A stretch of DNA of 64,000 nt, taken from NCBI RefSeq assembly GCF_000143415.4, contig NW_003314271.1, positions 1,093,014 to 1,157,013 on the forward strand, written 5' to 3'. This document shows, piece by piece, positions 48,200 through 60,400 of the stretch. The notes below the pieces were generated by a model, which was not told the origin of the DNA, did not search any database, and saw only the letters and a list, made by a program, of their open reading frames with translations. This DNA comes from Selaginella moellendorffii (taxonomy: Eukaryota > Plantae > Lycopodiophyta). Position 1 is the stretch's first letter, and each line of letters opens with the position of its first letter. A program made the position numbers and the translations under genes.

Positions 48200-51095
48200 C
48201 TTGAACCCGGGTTATGAATGCTCTTGCTGCATCTCTTGCATGGTCTAGCAAGGTGATGGTGGCACTCTACTTCCGCATCCAACCATGCACAACATTATCC
48301 ACCGATATGCTCATGCTGGGATCCCTTGGATTCAGCACCCATCTCTTTTCTAGGCAATCCTTCGTATATCCGGAACTTGGCTTGAACCACTCCACAGTTA
48401 CATTGAAGGAGTTAGTTTCCACGTCCTCCTCTACATCAGTGATGCAGCGCCCCACCCATATCATTTGTTTTTTATTACTGGGTCTGACAAGCACGACCAT
48501 TCCTTTGCAGACCTGTACTGGATTGAATGCTGAATCCGGCTTTTTGTTCCTCGGCCCACAATAATGATCCTCAACATCGTTATCTATCACTGCATTTCCA
48601 GAGGACATTGTTCCGCTACTATCTGGTGCTCTGGGTTCTGGCCAAAAGGACTCTTCCAATTCTTCATATACAACCGGCCCATTTTGGATAGCAGATATAA
48701 TCTTCTCCCAGTATTCGAGCAAAGGCTTGCACCTCTGAAAATAGGATTCTCCACCAAACACCAACCCCCTCTTCCAGAAGGCAATATGCTGTCTAATCCC
48801 GGCCACTATACTTTCCTGGTCTTTGAGTCCATCCGGGTGCATCGGCCGTGGGGAACCCTGAGGAATCATAGGTTCCCCAGTTATGGGATCTCTATTGAAG
48901 AGTTCAATGCCGTCCACTGGCAGCCACACTATGTCCCATTCTCTCATCTTGTACCTCATCACTAGAGCATCGTCACGCATGCTGAAATGAAACTGAAGAG
49001 GCTTGGAGTGGCCAATCAGCGTTTCGGATCCGTCCCTGATGTAGCCTCTTACAAACCCCTTAAAGTCTGGAACCTCTGTCACAAGTGCAGCTTCAACAGT
49101 GCCTTTGATGCAATTTTGGAATTCATTGTAGAGTTGTGGGAGGGTGAGGACATTGGATCGCCGGAGGGACTTTGCCAGGTGACTGAACATGGCATCGACG
49201 TCTTCATGAGTGTGCCCAACCATGAGAAAGCCAAGTGTAACCGTTTCAAATATGCCTTTGGCAACAAGCATCGCCAAGTACGCGAAGACGTACATGTTTT
49301 TGTTCTCACTGCCAGCATTGTCTATTTGGAGCAGAAGATGGGGTGGAAGGCCACATCGGCCGCAAGAACTTCCTTGAGATTCTGCTTCGTTTTGATGAGG
49401 CTGTGCATTCACCGGGTGACCAGCCTTGTCGGAATGGCATGAGGCCTCACGTGATAACCCTACAATCTGACGGCCAACATATTCACTGGGATGGCATGGG
49501 GCCCCACGCGATACTGCAAGCCTTTGCTCCTCCTCCAGCTGAACCCTGTATGGGGTTCGATCGACAAGGGCCTTATGCAAGGGTTGGCCGTTCAGCTCAG
49601 TCTGCGCACTTTGCAGAGACCTTAAGTGTTTTGCTAGGGACGCAATCATCATGTTTGCACCCCCGCCACCCCATAGAGGTACAAAGAAGTTCCCATAGTT
49701 CTGGGCACCATGCCCATGAGCGATTATGCCAAACAGAGACACAGGCAGCTGCATGGATGAAGAGATTGCCTTGGGGGCAGGATTGAGTCGAGGTAAGCAC
49801 GTCTTTTTCTGGTCCATTTTGTCGTGGATGATGCAGAGGTAAGAGTCAGGTCTCTCCATGGAGAGAATCCTGTTATGATAATATGCAGTCCTGCAGCTTC
49901 TCTGCTCGATGTTGTGGTCGAGCCGCCTTCTAACCAACGTCTCTCGCTCTTGAGCGCTGCAAGAATTCTTCGACAAAGCCATTTTGATAGCAGTGCACTC
50001 GTCACACTTTGAAAAGCTGGAGTACTTTCCTATACTCACATCCCTGAACCTGTTGCTCCATAATCTACTAAATCTAGATTGGCTCAGCTTCCTGTAGCCA
50101 TTACTCTGGAGTTCCCGATTCACATCTTCCAATATCGCCCCCTTGGTATACATGGAAGGGAGAACTCATTGGGTGTCTCGTGTTCCATCTTCCAAGAGGC
50201 GGGTTTTATGTGGTTGCTGCTCGCTACATGTCTCGACAAACCTTTTGAAGATTGCCTCTCCATATACAACATGACCCCTGGTTTTGTGCGTACCGTCGTT
50301 CCTATGGACTGCCTGTTGAACCCTTTGTTCCTCGAACTCAGTTTTGATTCTGTAGAATGTGGTTCGAGGGACTCCATAAATGATTCTCCATGCCTTCATG
50401 CAGACCAAACCCCTCTGGAAGACCATGCCCCCCACCTGATGTTCTAAAGCATCAACAGATGACCGTAATGCCTCATACACAAAATTGCGAGCTGCCTTCC
50501 AGGACAATGTCTTATATCTTGCTCTCTCCTCTTCAATAACATCCCAATCAGCATGTTGACAGCACCTCCTCTTGCAACAAGCAACTGTCGAGACCATTCG
50601 AACCTCCATCGCCATTTTCTGCCTTTTCGGTTCGTTGCTCAGATCCCTTTGGCTGCGCTTTAGGAAGGTGTACTTTCTTTTCCCATGAAGAGATGTTCTG
50701 TCATCAGTTGTAGTGGTGTTTGATTGTGAATCCTTCACATTCTCAAACACTAAGTGCCTCAATTTCCACCGCACAATGCTTCCAATAGTCAGACTGTTTT
50801 CTTCTGTGTCAATAACCTCTAAAATCGCAACTCCAATATCATCCCAGCCCAATTCTTGATTAGCAACTACATCTCTTGGATCGACAACTGTGGCTAAGCC
50901 CTCAGCTACCACCTCCCCCTCGGGGTTGTTTAGAAACACCTTTGCCTGAATCCATGTAGCACGGTTCTTAAGATCCACGGAGGGAACATGCGTCGCACTT
51001 GCGCTGTCCCCAACATCTGCTTTCTTCTGAAGATTTTTCAAGGCAACAACAACATTTACCCCAACGACCATCTCTCCTCGTTCAATAGCGACCAC
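48200..51095 (-). pseudogene. DDD-type transposase (Sola1/DUF7869-like) interrupted by in-frame stops
   Basis: CCKRRCC, VCMKAWRIIYGVPRTTF, FSRLW...FSKCDEC, IIHDKMDQKK, LQIDNAGSENKN, FLMVGHTHEDVDAMFS. ORFs 50166-51095 and 48267-50153 are in frame across one TGA, and the frame continues past the TAG at 48267. Confidence 0.8.
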
Positions 51096-51593
51096 ATTCC
51101 CATCGAAGACAGTCTCTACTGATACACCCCAAGCCTTTGACAGTGTATAACAAAGTTCCGATCTATAGACACAAGGGTCTCTTTTGCAACTCTCTTCCCA
51201 CCATTCAAAATGTAAACCTTTTCCCCAACCCTAAAGGCCATTCTGAAAGTGCAGAAAAGAAGTTAAGACCATAAAAAAAATGATTGGAGAATGGCCTAAA
51301 TCATAACATACCAAACAACCTCAATAGCATGAGGCCACATGCCATTATTCAAACATGCTATTGACACCCACATGAAATTTCGCATTCACAAAATTGGCAT
51401 GCCATCTTGATATACACACAGCTGCAGGCAAGTAAAAACATACATGACAATACGCTAGCCATGAAATTGCAAGGGCCCAAGATGGCATGTGGCCTCATGC
51501 CATTTCTAAATGTGGTCCTAAGCCATTCCATGGTGAACATACCAGGAAGCACAAGTGCCGAATATCAAGAGGAAGTGGTAGCCACACCAAAGA

Positions 51594-51790
51594 CAGTGCC
51601 GCTCACAACACCGCAACTACTCGTAGCACCGCTCGCAACACCGCAACTGCTCGTAGCGCCGCTCGCACAAACTGCCACTCGCATAAACTGCCGCTCGCAA
51701 TGGCGCTCGCAATGCCGCAACCGCTCGTAGATGCATAAACCACAGCTCACAACGCCGCTTACACAAGCAGCGCTCACTGCGCTCAGCGGA
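51594..51790. repeat. GC-rich minisatellite (30-bp unit GCCGCTCGCAACACCGCAACTGCTCGTAGC and derivatives)
   Basis: Two near-identical units at about 51600-51660 followed by degenerate CCGCTCGCA units. Confidence 0.7.
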
Positions 51791-52522
51791 ACCAAGAACA
51801 CGGCGCACAAAAATGATAGACCTAGGAATGAGTTCGAGAATTCAAAAATAACACACGCTTGAACGTCACATCAAATCCTCTGACAAACCAGACCTTATGA
51901 TTCCTCTGACAAATTTCAAATTGAGTAGCTTCTAGACTTTGCTGTCGGACGTTGAACTTTGTCACATTATGTCCTTGCCTCGATCCAGCTGTGCCATGTC
52001 AGTGATTCGAACTTTGCTATGCCATGTCAGCGATCCGCGCCAAAATTATTCGCTGTGTAAAGGAATAATTATGCTGTGTGTGTACGTCCATTTATGGCAA
52101 TATAAGGCCACACGCCATTCAAAGAATAATGTTAGTCGAGCATTTTTTGGTGCATTTTTGGGTTCAAAATTGCATGAGCCCACACGCTATAAAGTTTACC
52201 TGTACCAAAAATAGAAACAGCTTTATTTACTTGGGAATTTAAGTGGTTGAGGCATTTTTTTACAAACACATGCCCTACTTACATTCCTTTGGTTGCTTAA
52301 AATTCAAAAATATTATAAACCTTTCTTTTTGCATTTTCAATGTTTTCAATTATGGTTTTTGATTTTCGCAGGACCAGCCTAGTAATCTATTTGCATCCCA
52401 TCATGTTTATAGCTAGCTTTCGTTTGTCCCCTTCGCTAGCCTGAGATACATCTGCTCGGCATCTGCCTCTTACAGCATTTGCCCAGAAAGGGCATCTTTC
52501 TTCACGCAGCATTTGCCACATG

Positions 52523-52550
52523 TTTAGGGTTTAGGGTTTAGGGTTTAGGG
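52523..52550 (+). repeat. Interstitial plant telomere repeat (TTTAGGG)4
   Basis: Read directly. Confidence 0.95.
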
Positions 52551-53398
52551 TTTAACAATTCAGTAGCTTGATAAACATGCAAATACAGAACTTGATGCAA
52601 AATCCTTTGATATGTCACAATGCCCCTAGGACTATAAACACATTTCAATAGAGAGGTCCTTTCATTTCATAACTCCTTACGTAGATCTTGGTGAAACCAA
52701 AGTTAGTGAAGTTAGTTTCTTGTGATCCCGCATCTGATTGTGATGTCCCTTTGCAGTGTCGATGGAAAGGTCAATGCACACCAAACTGTAAAATCTTGGA
52801 GCAAAATAACGGTCGGATCTATGGCAAATGCCCCTGAAACATTGTAAGGCTCGTGTGGTCTCATGTGATGTCCGATCGAGATGCTTCTTTGCAGGGTCAT
52901 CAAGAAAGACATTGTATACCATTCTGTAAAATCTAGTTGCGATCTAACGGTTGGATCTCCAGAAAACTAAAAAAAATCTCGCGCGTGTCAGAATATTCTA
53001 GGAATATACTCCTATGTGCCCCTGAAAATGGCATGCGGCCCCACGCCATTCAAGAGATAACGCCAGATGACGCCAAGCATTTTTTGGTGCATTTTTTGGG
53101 ATCAAAATTGCATGAGCCCACACGCTTGAACGTCACATCAAATCCTCTGATAAACTAGATCTTATAATTCCTCTGACAAATTTCAAACTGAGTAGCTTCT
53201 AGACTTTGCTGTCGGACGTTGAACTTTGTCACATCATGTCCTTGCCTCGATCCAGCTGTGCCATGTCAGTGATTCGAACTTTGCCATGCCATGTTAGCGA
53301 TCCGCGCCAAGATTATTTGCCGTGTAACTGCTCGGCATCTGCCTCTTACAGCATTTGCCCAGAAAGGGCATCTTTCTTCACGCAGCATTTGCCACATG

Positions 53399-53431
53399 TT
53401 TAGGGTTTAGGGTTTAGGGTTTAGGGTTTAG
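53399..53431 (+). repeat. Interstitial plant telomere repeat (TTTAGGG)4, second copy
   Basis: Read directly; part of the internal duplication. Confidence 0.95.
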
Positions 53432-54453
53432 CAATTCAGTAGCTTGATAAACATGCAAATACAGAACTTGATGCAAAATCCTTTGATATGTCACAATGCC
53501 CCTAGGACCATAAACACATTTCAATAGAGAGGGTCCTTTCATTTCATAACTCCTTACGTAGATCTTGGTGAAACCAGAGTTAGTGAAGTTGGTTTCTTGT
53601 GATCCCGCATCTGATTGTGATGTCCCTTTGCAGTGTCGATGGAAAGGTCAATGCACACCAAACTGTAGAATCTTGGAGCAAAATAACGGTCGGATCTATG
53701 GCAAATGCCCCTGAAACATTGTAAGGCTCGTGTGGTCTCATGTGGTGTCCGATCGAGATGCTTCTTTGCAGGGTCATCAAGAAGGACATTGTATACCATT
53801 CTTTATTTAGCTGAACATCTGGCATTTTTGGAAATACAAGATGCTTTGGAATATCCAATCATGCATGGTATAAATATAGCGAGGGTATTAAATGATATCC
53901 CAATCATGATCTTTCTTTTGGATTTCGCGTGTATGCAGTCCGAGGAATGATGACGTTGCGGATTTCTTTTGGATTTCACTTGCATGCATGCGTGCGGCGA
54001 TCTAGAAATTAATGGTGGCGCCCAAGTCCGAGGAATGATGACGTTGCGGGATTACCAACCGTCGTGACATTTCGCGCGTGTGAGGTTAGGTTTTGCATTT
54101 TGCTTCGTACTCGCGCTCGCACACTCGCGCTCCCACTCGTGATCACGCTCACATTTGCGCTCATCTACCTTCTCTACAGGTTTCTCGTGTGCATCGGCGT
54201 CCACTCGCGCTTGCATCACACTCGCGCTCGTGTGCATCGGCGTCCACTTCAAGACACACCCAGTTTGTAACTTCGCCGCCAACTCCGCTGCCCACTCCGC
54301 CACCCACACGTAGCCCACTTGGCGTCCCGGGAGATTTCAGCGCCACTCTCCAACTGTAAGTGGCAGAGTAGCCTTGCTGCTACGATCTGCTGCACACAGT
54401 GCATATTCGCCAGCGAGTCCGGCCTTGATTGTCACGCCTCCATTCGGCTTCAA

Positions 54454-57400
54454 ATGGTAAGTCTTTTAGGCCAAGTAGAAAATGGCATGAGGCCACATGC
54501 CATTCAGTAGCAACATTGGCATGCACCGATTGGGCTCTCGAGTGCAGTCCGGTTACAGATGGCGTGTAGCCTCATGCCATCTTAGGATGCAGCCTCAAGA
54601 CATCTGATGTAGTGGTGAATGGCGTGTGGCCTCACGTTATTTCCAGCTGCTAACTTTTCATCTGTCAGCTCTAATTGTTGTGCATTTCTGAACAGGCGAG
54701 GAATTGCGTTCTTCTTCCAGCCACTGTCAATGTGGATGCAGAGAAGGGGGAGGAGCTCATCAGTTGGACTTTCGGGATGGAAGGCGAGGATCTGAGGCTG
54801 TACAACACAGATGGTGGGAGAAAAGAATGCATGGGGATCCTCATCCAAGTGACAGACACTCCATGCAGTTCCATGCAAGAATATAGATTGGCACTTGTGG
54901 TAGAGATAGCGTCCGCCTTCAAGATCCACCTTGCACATCCTAGCGGCTTCCCGGAGGGGGGAGCGGCTATGAGGAATTCCTAGAGGGAGCTAGGGAGAGG
55001 TTGTCCAGGAGGCCCACAATTTCAAAGACGCTGCGGGTCTATGAAGATCACATGGAATCCACGGACCTCACCTACGGCGATGTTCAAAAACTATATTCCA
55101 ACATTGAGCCATTGAGAGTGACTCCAGTTCGCGAAGCGAAGGGGAAGGGGGTCGATCTGGAAACTACCCCGAAGCAGAAAAGGGTGGTCAAGCTCAAGCC
55201 GACGTCTGACTCTCCTGCTCCAAAAAAGAAGCTACTCGGTGATGCCATTGCCTCGGGTTCGAACACTACACCCACCAAAAAGAAGAGCCGCAAAGAGCAG
55301 AAAGAGCAAGAAGAGGCAGCAAAAATCGTCGCAGATAATAGTACTTGTTACTATTCCAACAAAGTATATACAATCGACGTGAGCCACATCGACATCCAAA
55401 GCAAATACAACCACAGACTAGTATCTGATGAGTGGGTGGAGAAACTGAAGCAGAAGATGCTAGCAAGTCCAGTAACACCCGACATCGCAGACATGATCCC
55501 CTACTACCGAACAATGAAGGGCGAGACGAGGTTTCCAGACTTGATCAATAGAAAGGTGTTGGACGATCAGAACATCCGGTTCTATGCCGTCTCCGGGCAG
55601 CATTCTAGCTTGGCGATGCAAGAGATAGTTGTGGATATTATGGTGGGCGAGGAGGTGAAGAAAGTCTTCAAGACAAGAGTTGTCCACCTGATAAAAGGCA
55701 ACTCGCCCCTCCGATCTATCATATACATCTCCCACGCGCAGAATGTCAAGCAAGAAACGTGCTACAAATCGGGTGAGACATTAGCACGAACACGGAAGAT
55801 CTGGGTTCAACTGAAGAAGCCACAAAAACCAGGACAAGGACGTGCACTAGCAACTAGCGCCTGGCAGGTAAGCCTCGTTGCATGTGGCATAGCATGTGGC
55901 CTCATGCCATTTCCATTGCAGGAATTCTCGAGTCTTCTCTTGAAAACACTGGGGGTCAATGACACACTCAGCATCCATAACATTCTACTCGCGACAAAAG
56001 TTGTTTTTGACAAATGGGTAGATGTGTTGAGGAGGTACCATGACGGGGAGTTGCTAAACTCAATGGGTGTGGAGGACGGCCGGAAGCCCAATGATTTGAA
56101 GCTCAACGCCTTGCGTTTCTCGCGGTCTCTAGACGACGACGACCTTCTGACAGTGGCTAATGCTCTTCTACGTGGTGAGGTAGTCTTCAACAAGACCAAA
56201 ATGACTCCCGGCCATATTGTGACATACGAGGACTTGTGCACGACTTTGAGAGCTCGTGCGCTATTGAAGGATTGGATCTTCGAGCAAGTGGCCATGGAGA
56301 GGGTGAGCATCAACACCACGCAAGAGATGATGGAAGAGCTGGAGTTGTCAAATGAAGACATCGACGACTACGTGAAGGGGGCCCCCAAGTTCATCGATCT
56401 ACTACGGGATGCCACGAAAAGTAAAGCTGAGAAGTTGGATCAGTATCCAAATTTCATTAAGAGGGATGTCGACCGCCGGCTTCAGAAACAGCTCGACCCC
56501 GCAGCAGAGGCCTATCGAGAACCTTACCGGGTATATGTGAATTCGGATGAGGATCAAAGGTGGAGGAGCATCGTTTCTCACGGAGATGAGTAGGTCAAGA
56601 ACATCTTTTGTGTGATGGACTTCACAAACGAGGAGATCACTCATGCAGACGAAATCAGCTCCATCATTGACTTAATGGTGGGACTTGCGGAGGTGGAATC
56701 TTCAGTCCACTATATGATCTACGACTCCGAATCCTATCACAAGTTCTGGAAGGCCTTGAACGAGGTGAAGGCTCGGTTGAAAGGCAAGGAGATGCGGGAG
56801 ATCTATGGGATAATGGCTAAGAAGAAGATACCGACGAATGTCCGCATCTTCACACTTGCCCTTGTTATTGGTCCTGCAGCAGAGTGGGACTGGAGTGACT
56901 TCCCAGCTTCGTTCGACAAGGCCAATCGAATTGATCTGAGGGAGGTCAATTTACCCGTGCCTGAGGAACTGAAGACGGCTATAGAGCTTTCGAATCCAGA
57001 GAAAGCTCCAGGTGCAGCATGGGAAATGCTCAGCTGGGTCTTCAACGCAATAGCGGGTGGGTCACCTGCTTCCAACTCCAAGAGCAAATGCATTGTCGAG
57101 TACAACTGCGGTGGACTATTCTTTCGAGCCGCACTACTCAAGGGTGTCCCGTGTGTTGCGGTGACAAACTCCATTGAAGAGGTGACTTCAATGGAGCATA
57201 TAATTACAGTTGCCAAAGAAAAACAGTATCTTCTCTACGAACCTGGTGAGTACGCACTTTAAGTTTAAATGTTATCTCACAAGCTCTGTATGCAGGAGCG
57301 TGGCCACCCCCAGATGCTGAAATGGCGTTAACAGCTACTGTTGAAGATACCCATGTTGGGCCGAGCTCACAACCTGCACAAGGTAAGGTCATGTGAAGCC

Positions 57401-60400
57401 TCACGCCATTTTGATTATAGATCATTGTGAATATTCAGACACGAGGACTGAAAAGCGCACTGGTGGCGCGTCGAAGAAGGACAAACAGACAAGCAATAGG
57501 AAAAAAGGAGGTACAAATTATATTTGCAATGGCGTGTGGTCTCATGCCATTCCTTGCAAGAGACACTTCTTCAAAGGCAAAACAGGCAAGCATCAGCCAA
57601 GTACAACAGACGAGAGGTACCAATCATTTTGTTATACGTGAATTCTCATGCCATTGCTTCTTGCAGCTTAAATTCCAAAGAGACTAGGGCAAGCAGCGCA
57701 GACCTCATGACAAGAACCTGAAGGTTTGATGGCATGTGGCCCCACGCAATTAACTAATGTTCTTGCAGATCGCGTCGAGGAAATCGAATGGAACAACGTG
57801 CCTCCAGTGGAGGAGGGGGAGGCCTCGGAGAGTGATAAGGAGAGTTCCGAAACAGGTACGATCATGACATATGGCCCCATGCACTTATCTAAGTTTGTAT
57901 TTTAGGGGAACGAGTTGAACCAATGGAAAACTTTATGAAAGGTAACTTAAAAATATTATGGGATGTTGCATGTGTTGATGCAATAATATATAGTTCAAGT
58001 GCCAAGGAGACGTCGTGAACCTCGAATTAGGCTACATGCAAAACAGCTTTCAGACGCTGTAGACAAAGAGATGGACAACCAACTAGGGCAAAGGAGGAAG
58101 GGTAAAAGCATTTGTGTGCTTATCGCGTATGTCCTCATGCTATTTCTATAGAACGGGCGCATAAAAAACGAAAGCGAAAGGGAATTGAGGAGCAGGCACC
58201 TGAGGATGCGGAAGGCACGACAGAGCCTCCAAGGACGGGAAGTAAAGCGTCATGGTTATTGCGTGGGTCCTCATGCCATTTCTTGCAGATCAAGCTCAAA
58301 CTGACAGTGGTCATAAAAAGCGAAAGCATGTTGGACAATCGTCGGGATCAGAGGCGTTTGATTCGAAAAGGAAGAAGGGCAACGAAAAGATGATAGGTAA
58401 TGCCTCGCGGTTATGGCGTGTGTGCTCATGCCATTCATTGCAGATCAAGGGCTGAGTGAAAGCAGCCAGTCACCACCTCCTGACTCAGATTCCTATGGCG
58501 GACTCCCCTTCCCCAATCTCAATGGAGAGGTACAATGGATGAGGGATGCTTTTCAAGTCAGGGCCACATTTTTCTCATCTCGTCGTCTTCGAAGGGTGCA
58601 AGAACGTGCAAAAACCATGTTAAGACAGTCGGGTGAGGATACGGTCCTAGGTCACGCACTAAAACAGGCTATGGATGTCTTGTATTTTGAGATGGAGACT
58701 CGGCCAGATGATTTTCCCAAGATGGTCCTGGAAGAACAAGCCATCCAGCCTGAGCAGCCTATGGAAGAAATGCAGGAGGGGGATGAGGAGCCAGAGAAAG
58801 ATAATGAGCAGGAAGAGCAGAAGGACGAAGAGGAGGACAAAGAAGAGGAGGACGAAGAAGAGGAGGACGAAGAGGACTTGGATGGTCCTCACAATGGTGA
58901 CGATCACAATAACGACGACGACGATGATGACGACGATGGCCAGCCTGAGGTGGCCAAAGAGCAACGGAGGAAGGTTATACAAGACAAACCATCAGGTAAA
59001 TAATAGTACATCCATTCCTAACCTTTTACCATTTCTAACATTGTCCATGTAGGTTGCAAAGCAAATGGTAAGTAGAGATTATTCAGTTGAATTAAGATAC
59101 AAACTCTAGCCTTTAGTGTCGAGGAAGGATAGTGCCAAGCAAGGGTCGAAACGTATGTCCAATCCTTCAGAATCAGCAGTGTGCCCAAGTGATATCGGTC
59201 CTAGTTCCTCAATAGCAGTTGATGGTAAATACAGTATAGTCGATTCAATGTGCTAATGAGTTTGTTTTTAGTAGCCAGTAGGGAGGATACCATCTCAATT
59301 GAAGGGAGATATTTGGACATGCATATGGATTCGCCAGTGGACTCTACTTGCCTGCAAGAGTCATCAGAGCTGGTGGAGGCTACTATCCATATCAACGCCA
59401 AGCAAGCTGACCACGCTCCACTTGATGCTGCCCATACCACTGAGTCAATCTTGTCCACGTATCCAACTGACGGTGACCAGGCGCCATTGGACCCGCATGA
59501 GGCCGCCCCAGCCGCCGAGCCGGTCGTATCCTCATTTCCAACGGACTCAACGTGTGCCCAATCGTCTGACTACGTGCCGTTGGAACCTCCCTACACCGCC
59601 CCTGCTGCCTGTTCGGTCATGTCCACTTTGCCAATGGAGGCACCAGCTGAAATGGTGTGTGATCACACGCCATCGGAACCACCCCATGCCACTGTTGAGC
59701 CAGTTGTACTAGAGTCTACAGCTGAAATGGCATGTGCCCACACGCCATCGGATGCGATTGACCCCACATTGCAGAGGAGAGTATTTCCGCCCTTCATGTT
59801 TCCTTGACCAAAACCCTCTCAACGACCATCGGGAGCACCATTCGCTAATATTGTAGATGGTAAAATTGACTTGTACCATTTTTTATGCTGACGCATTTCA
59901 TTTCAGAGTCACAGCGAAAGTACTGTATCATTTTTTATCTGAACGGTGTCCTTTTCTCCCATGAGCGTGGCTCGTCCTCGAATGTCACTGCACCCTCCAA
60001 AGCCTGTGGTCGCAAGTTGGTCAAAAGAGACAGATTCACATTAATCACACGGGAGAAACTGCGGGATCTAATAATGACCATGCGACACTTAAAATAGAGG
60101 GCCGGGTTCAATTTGCAATTGGGAGTTTGGACATCCATGATGCGCCACAATGCATTAACGTTGCTACAGATGATGCACGATCAGACGCGAGTAATATTAC
60201 CATTTGACTTTCTCCTAACGCAGGAGGATTGCTTGACTATGGTCCATGTGAGGGGTAGCAAGCCCATCTTCATCAAGCCAGAGGCTGTAGTGATGAACCG
60301 GACTGCTAGGTCAAGTGAAATCCTCATCATCGATGACTCACCGATTAAAACTGCAGCGAACACGCACACATATGCAGTGCACCCCATCTCTTGCAGTATG

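Larger units (their letters stand above)
51851..53801 (+). repeat. Internal segmental duplication in the element's central non-coding region
   Basis: 51851-52058 matches 53120-53326; 52452-52925 matches 53327-53801; ~52100-52190 matches ~53030-53128. Confidence 0.9.

Noticed and set aside
52523-53431. TTTAGGG blocks as a true chromosome end
   Set aside because: Only four units each, internal to a duplicated segment within a transposon.
51851-53801. Direct repeats as LTRs of a nested retroelement
   Set aside because: The blocks are permuted and nearly adjacent, with no PBS, PPT or coding region, and they contain the element's own palindrome.
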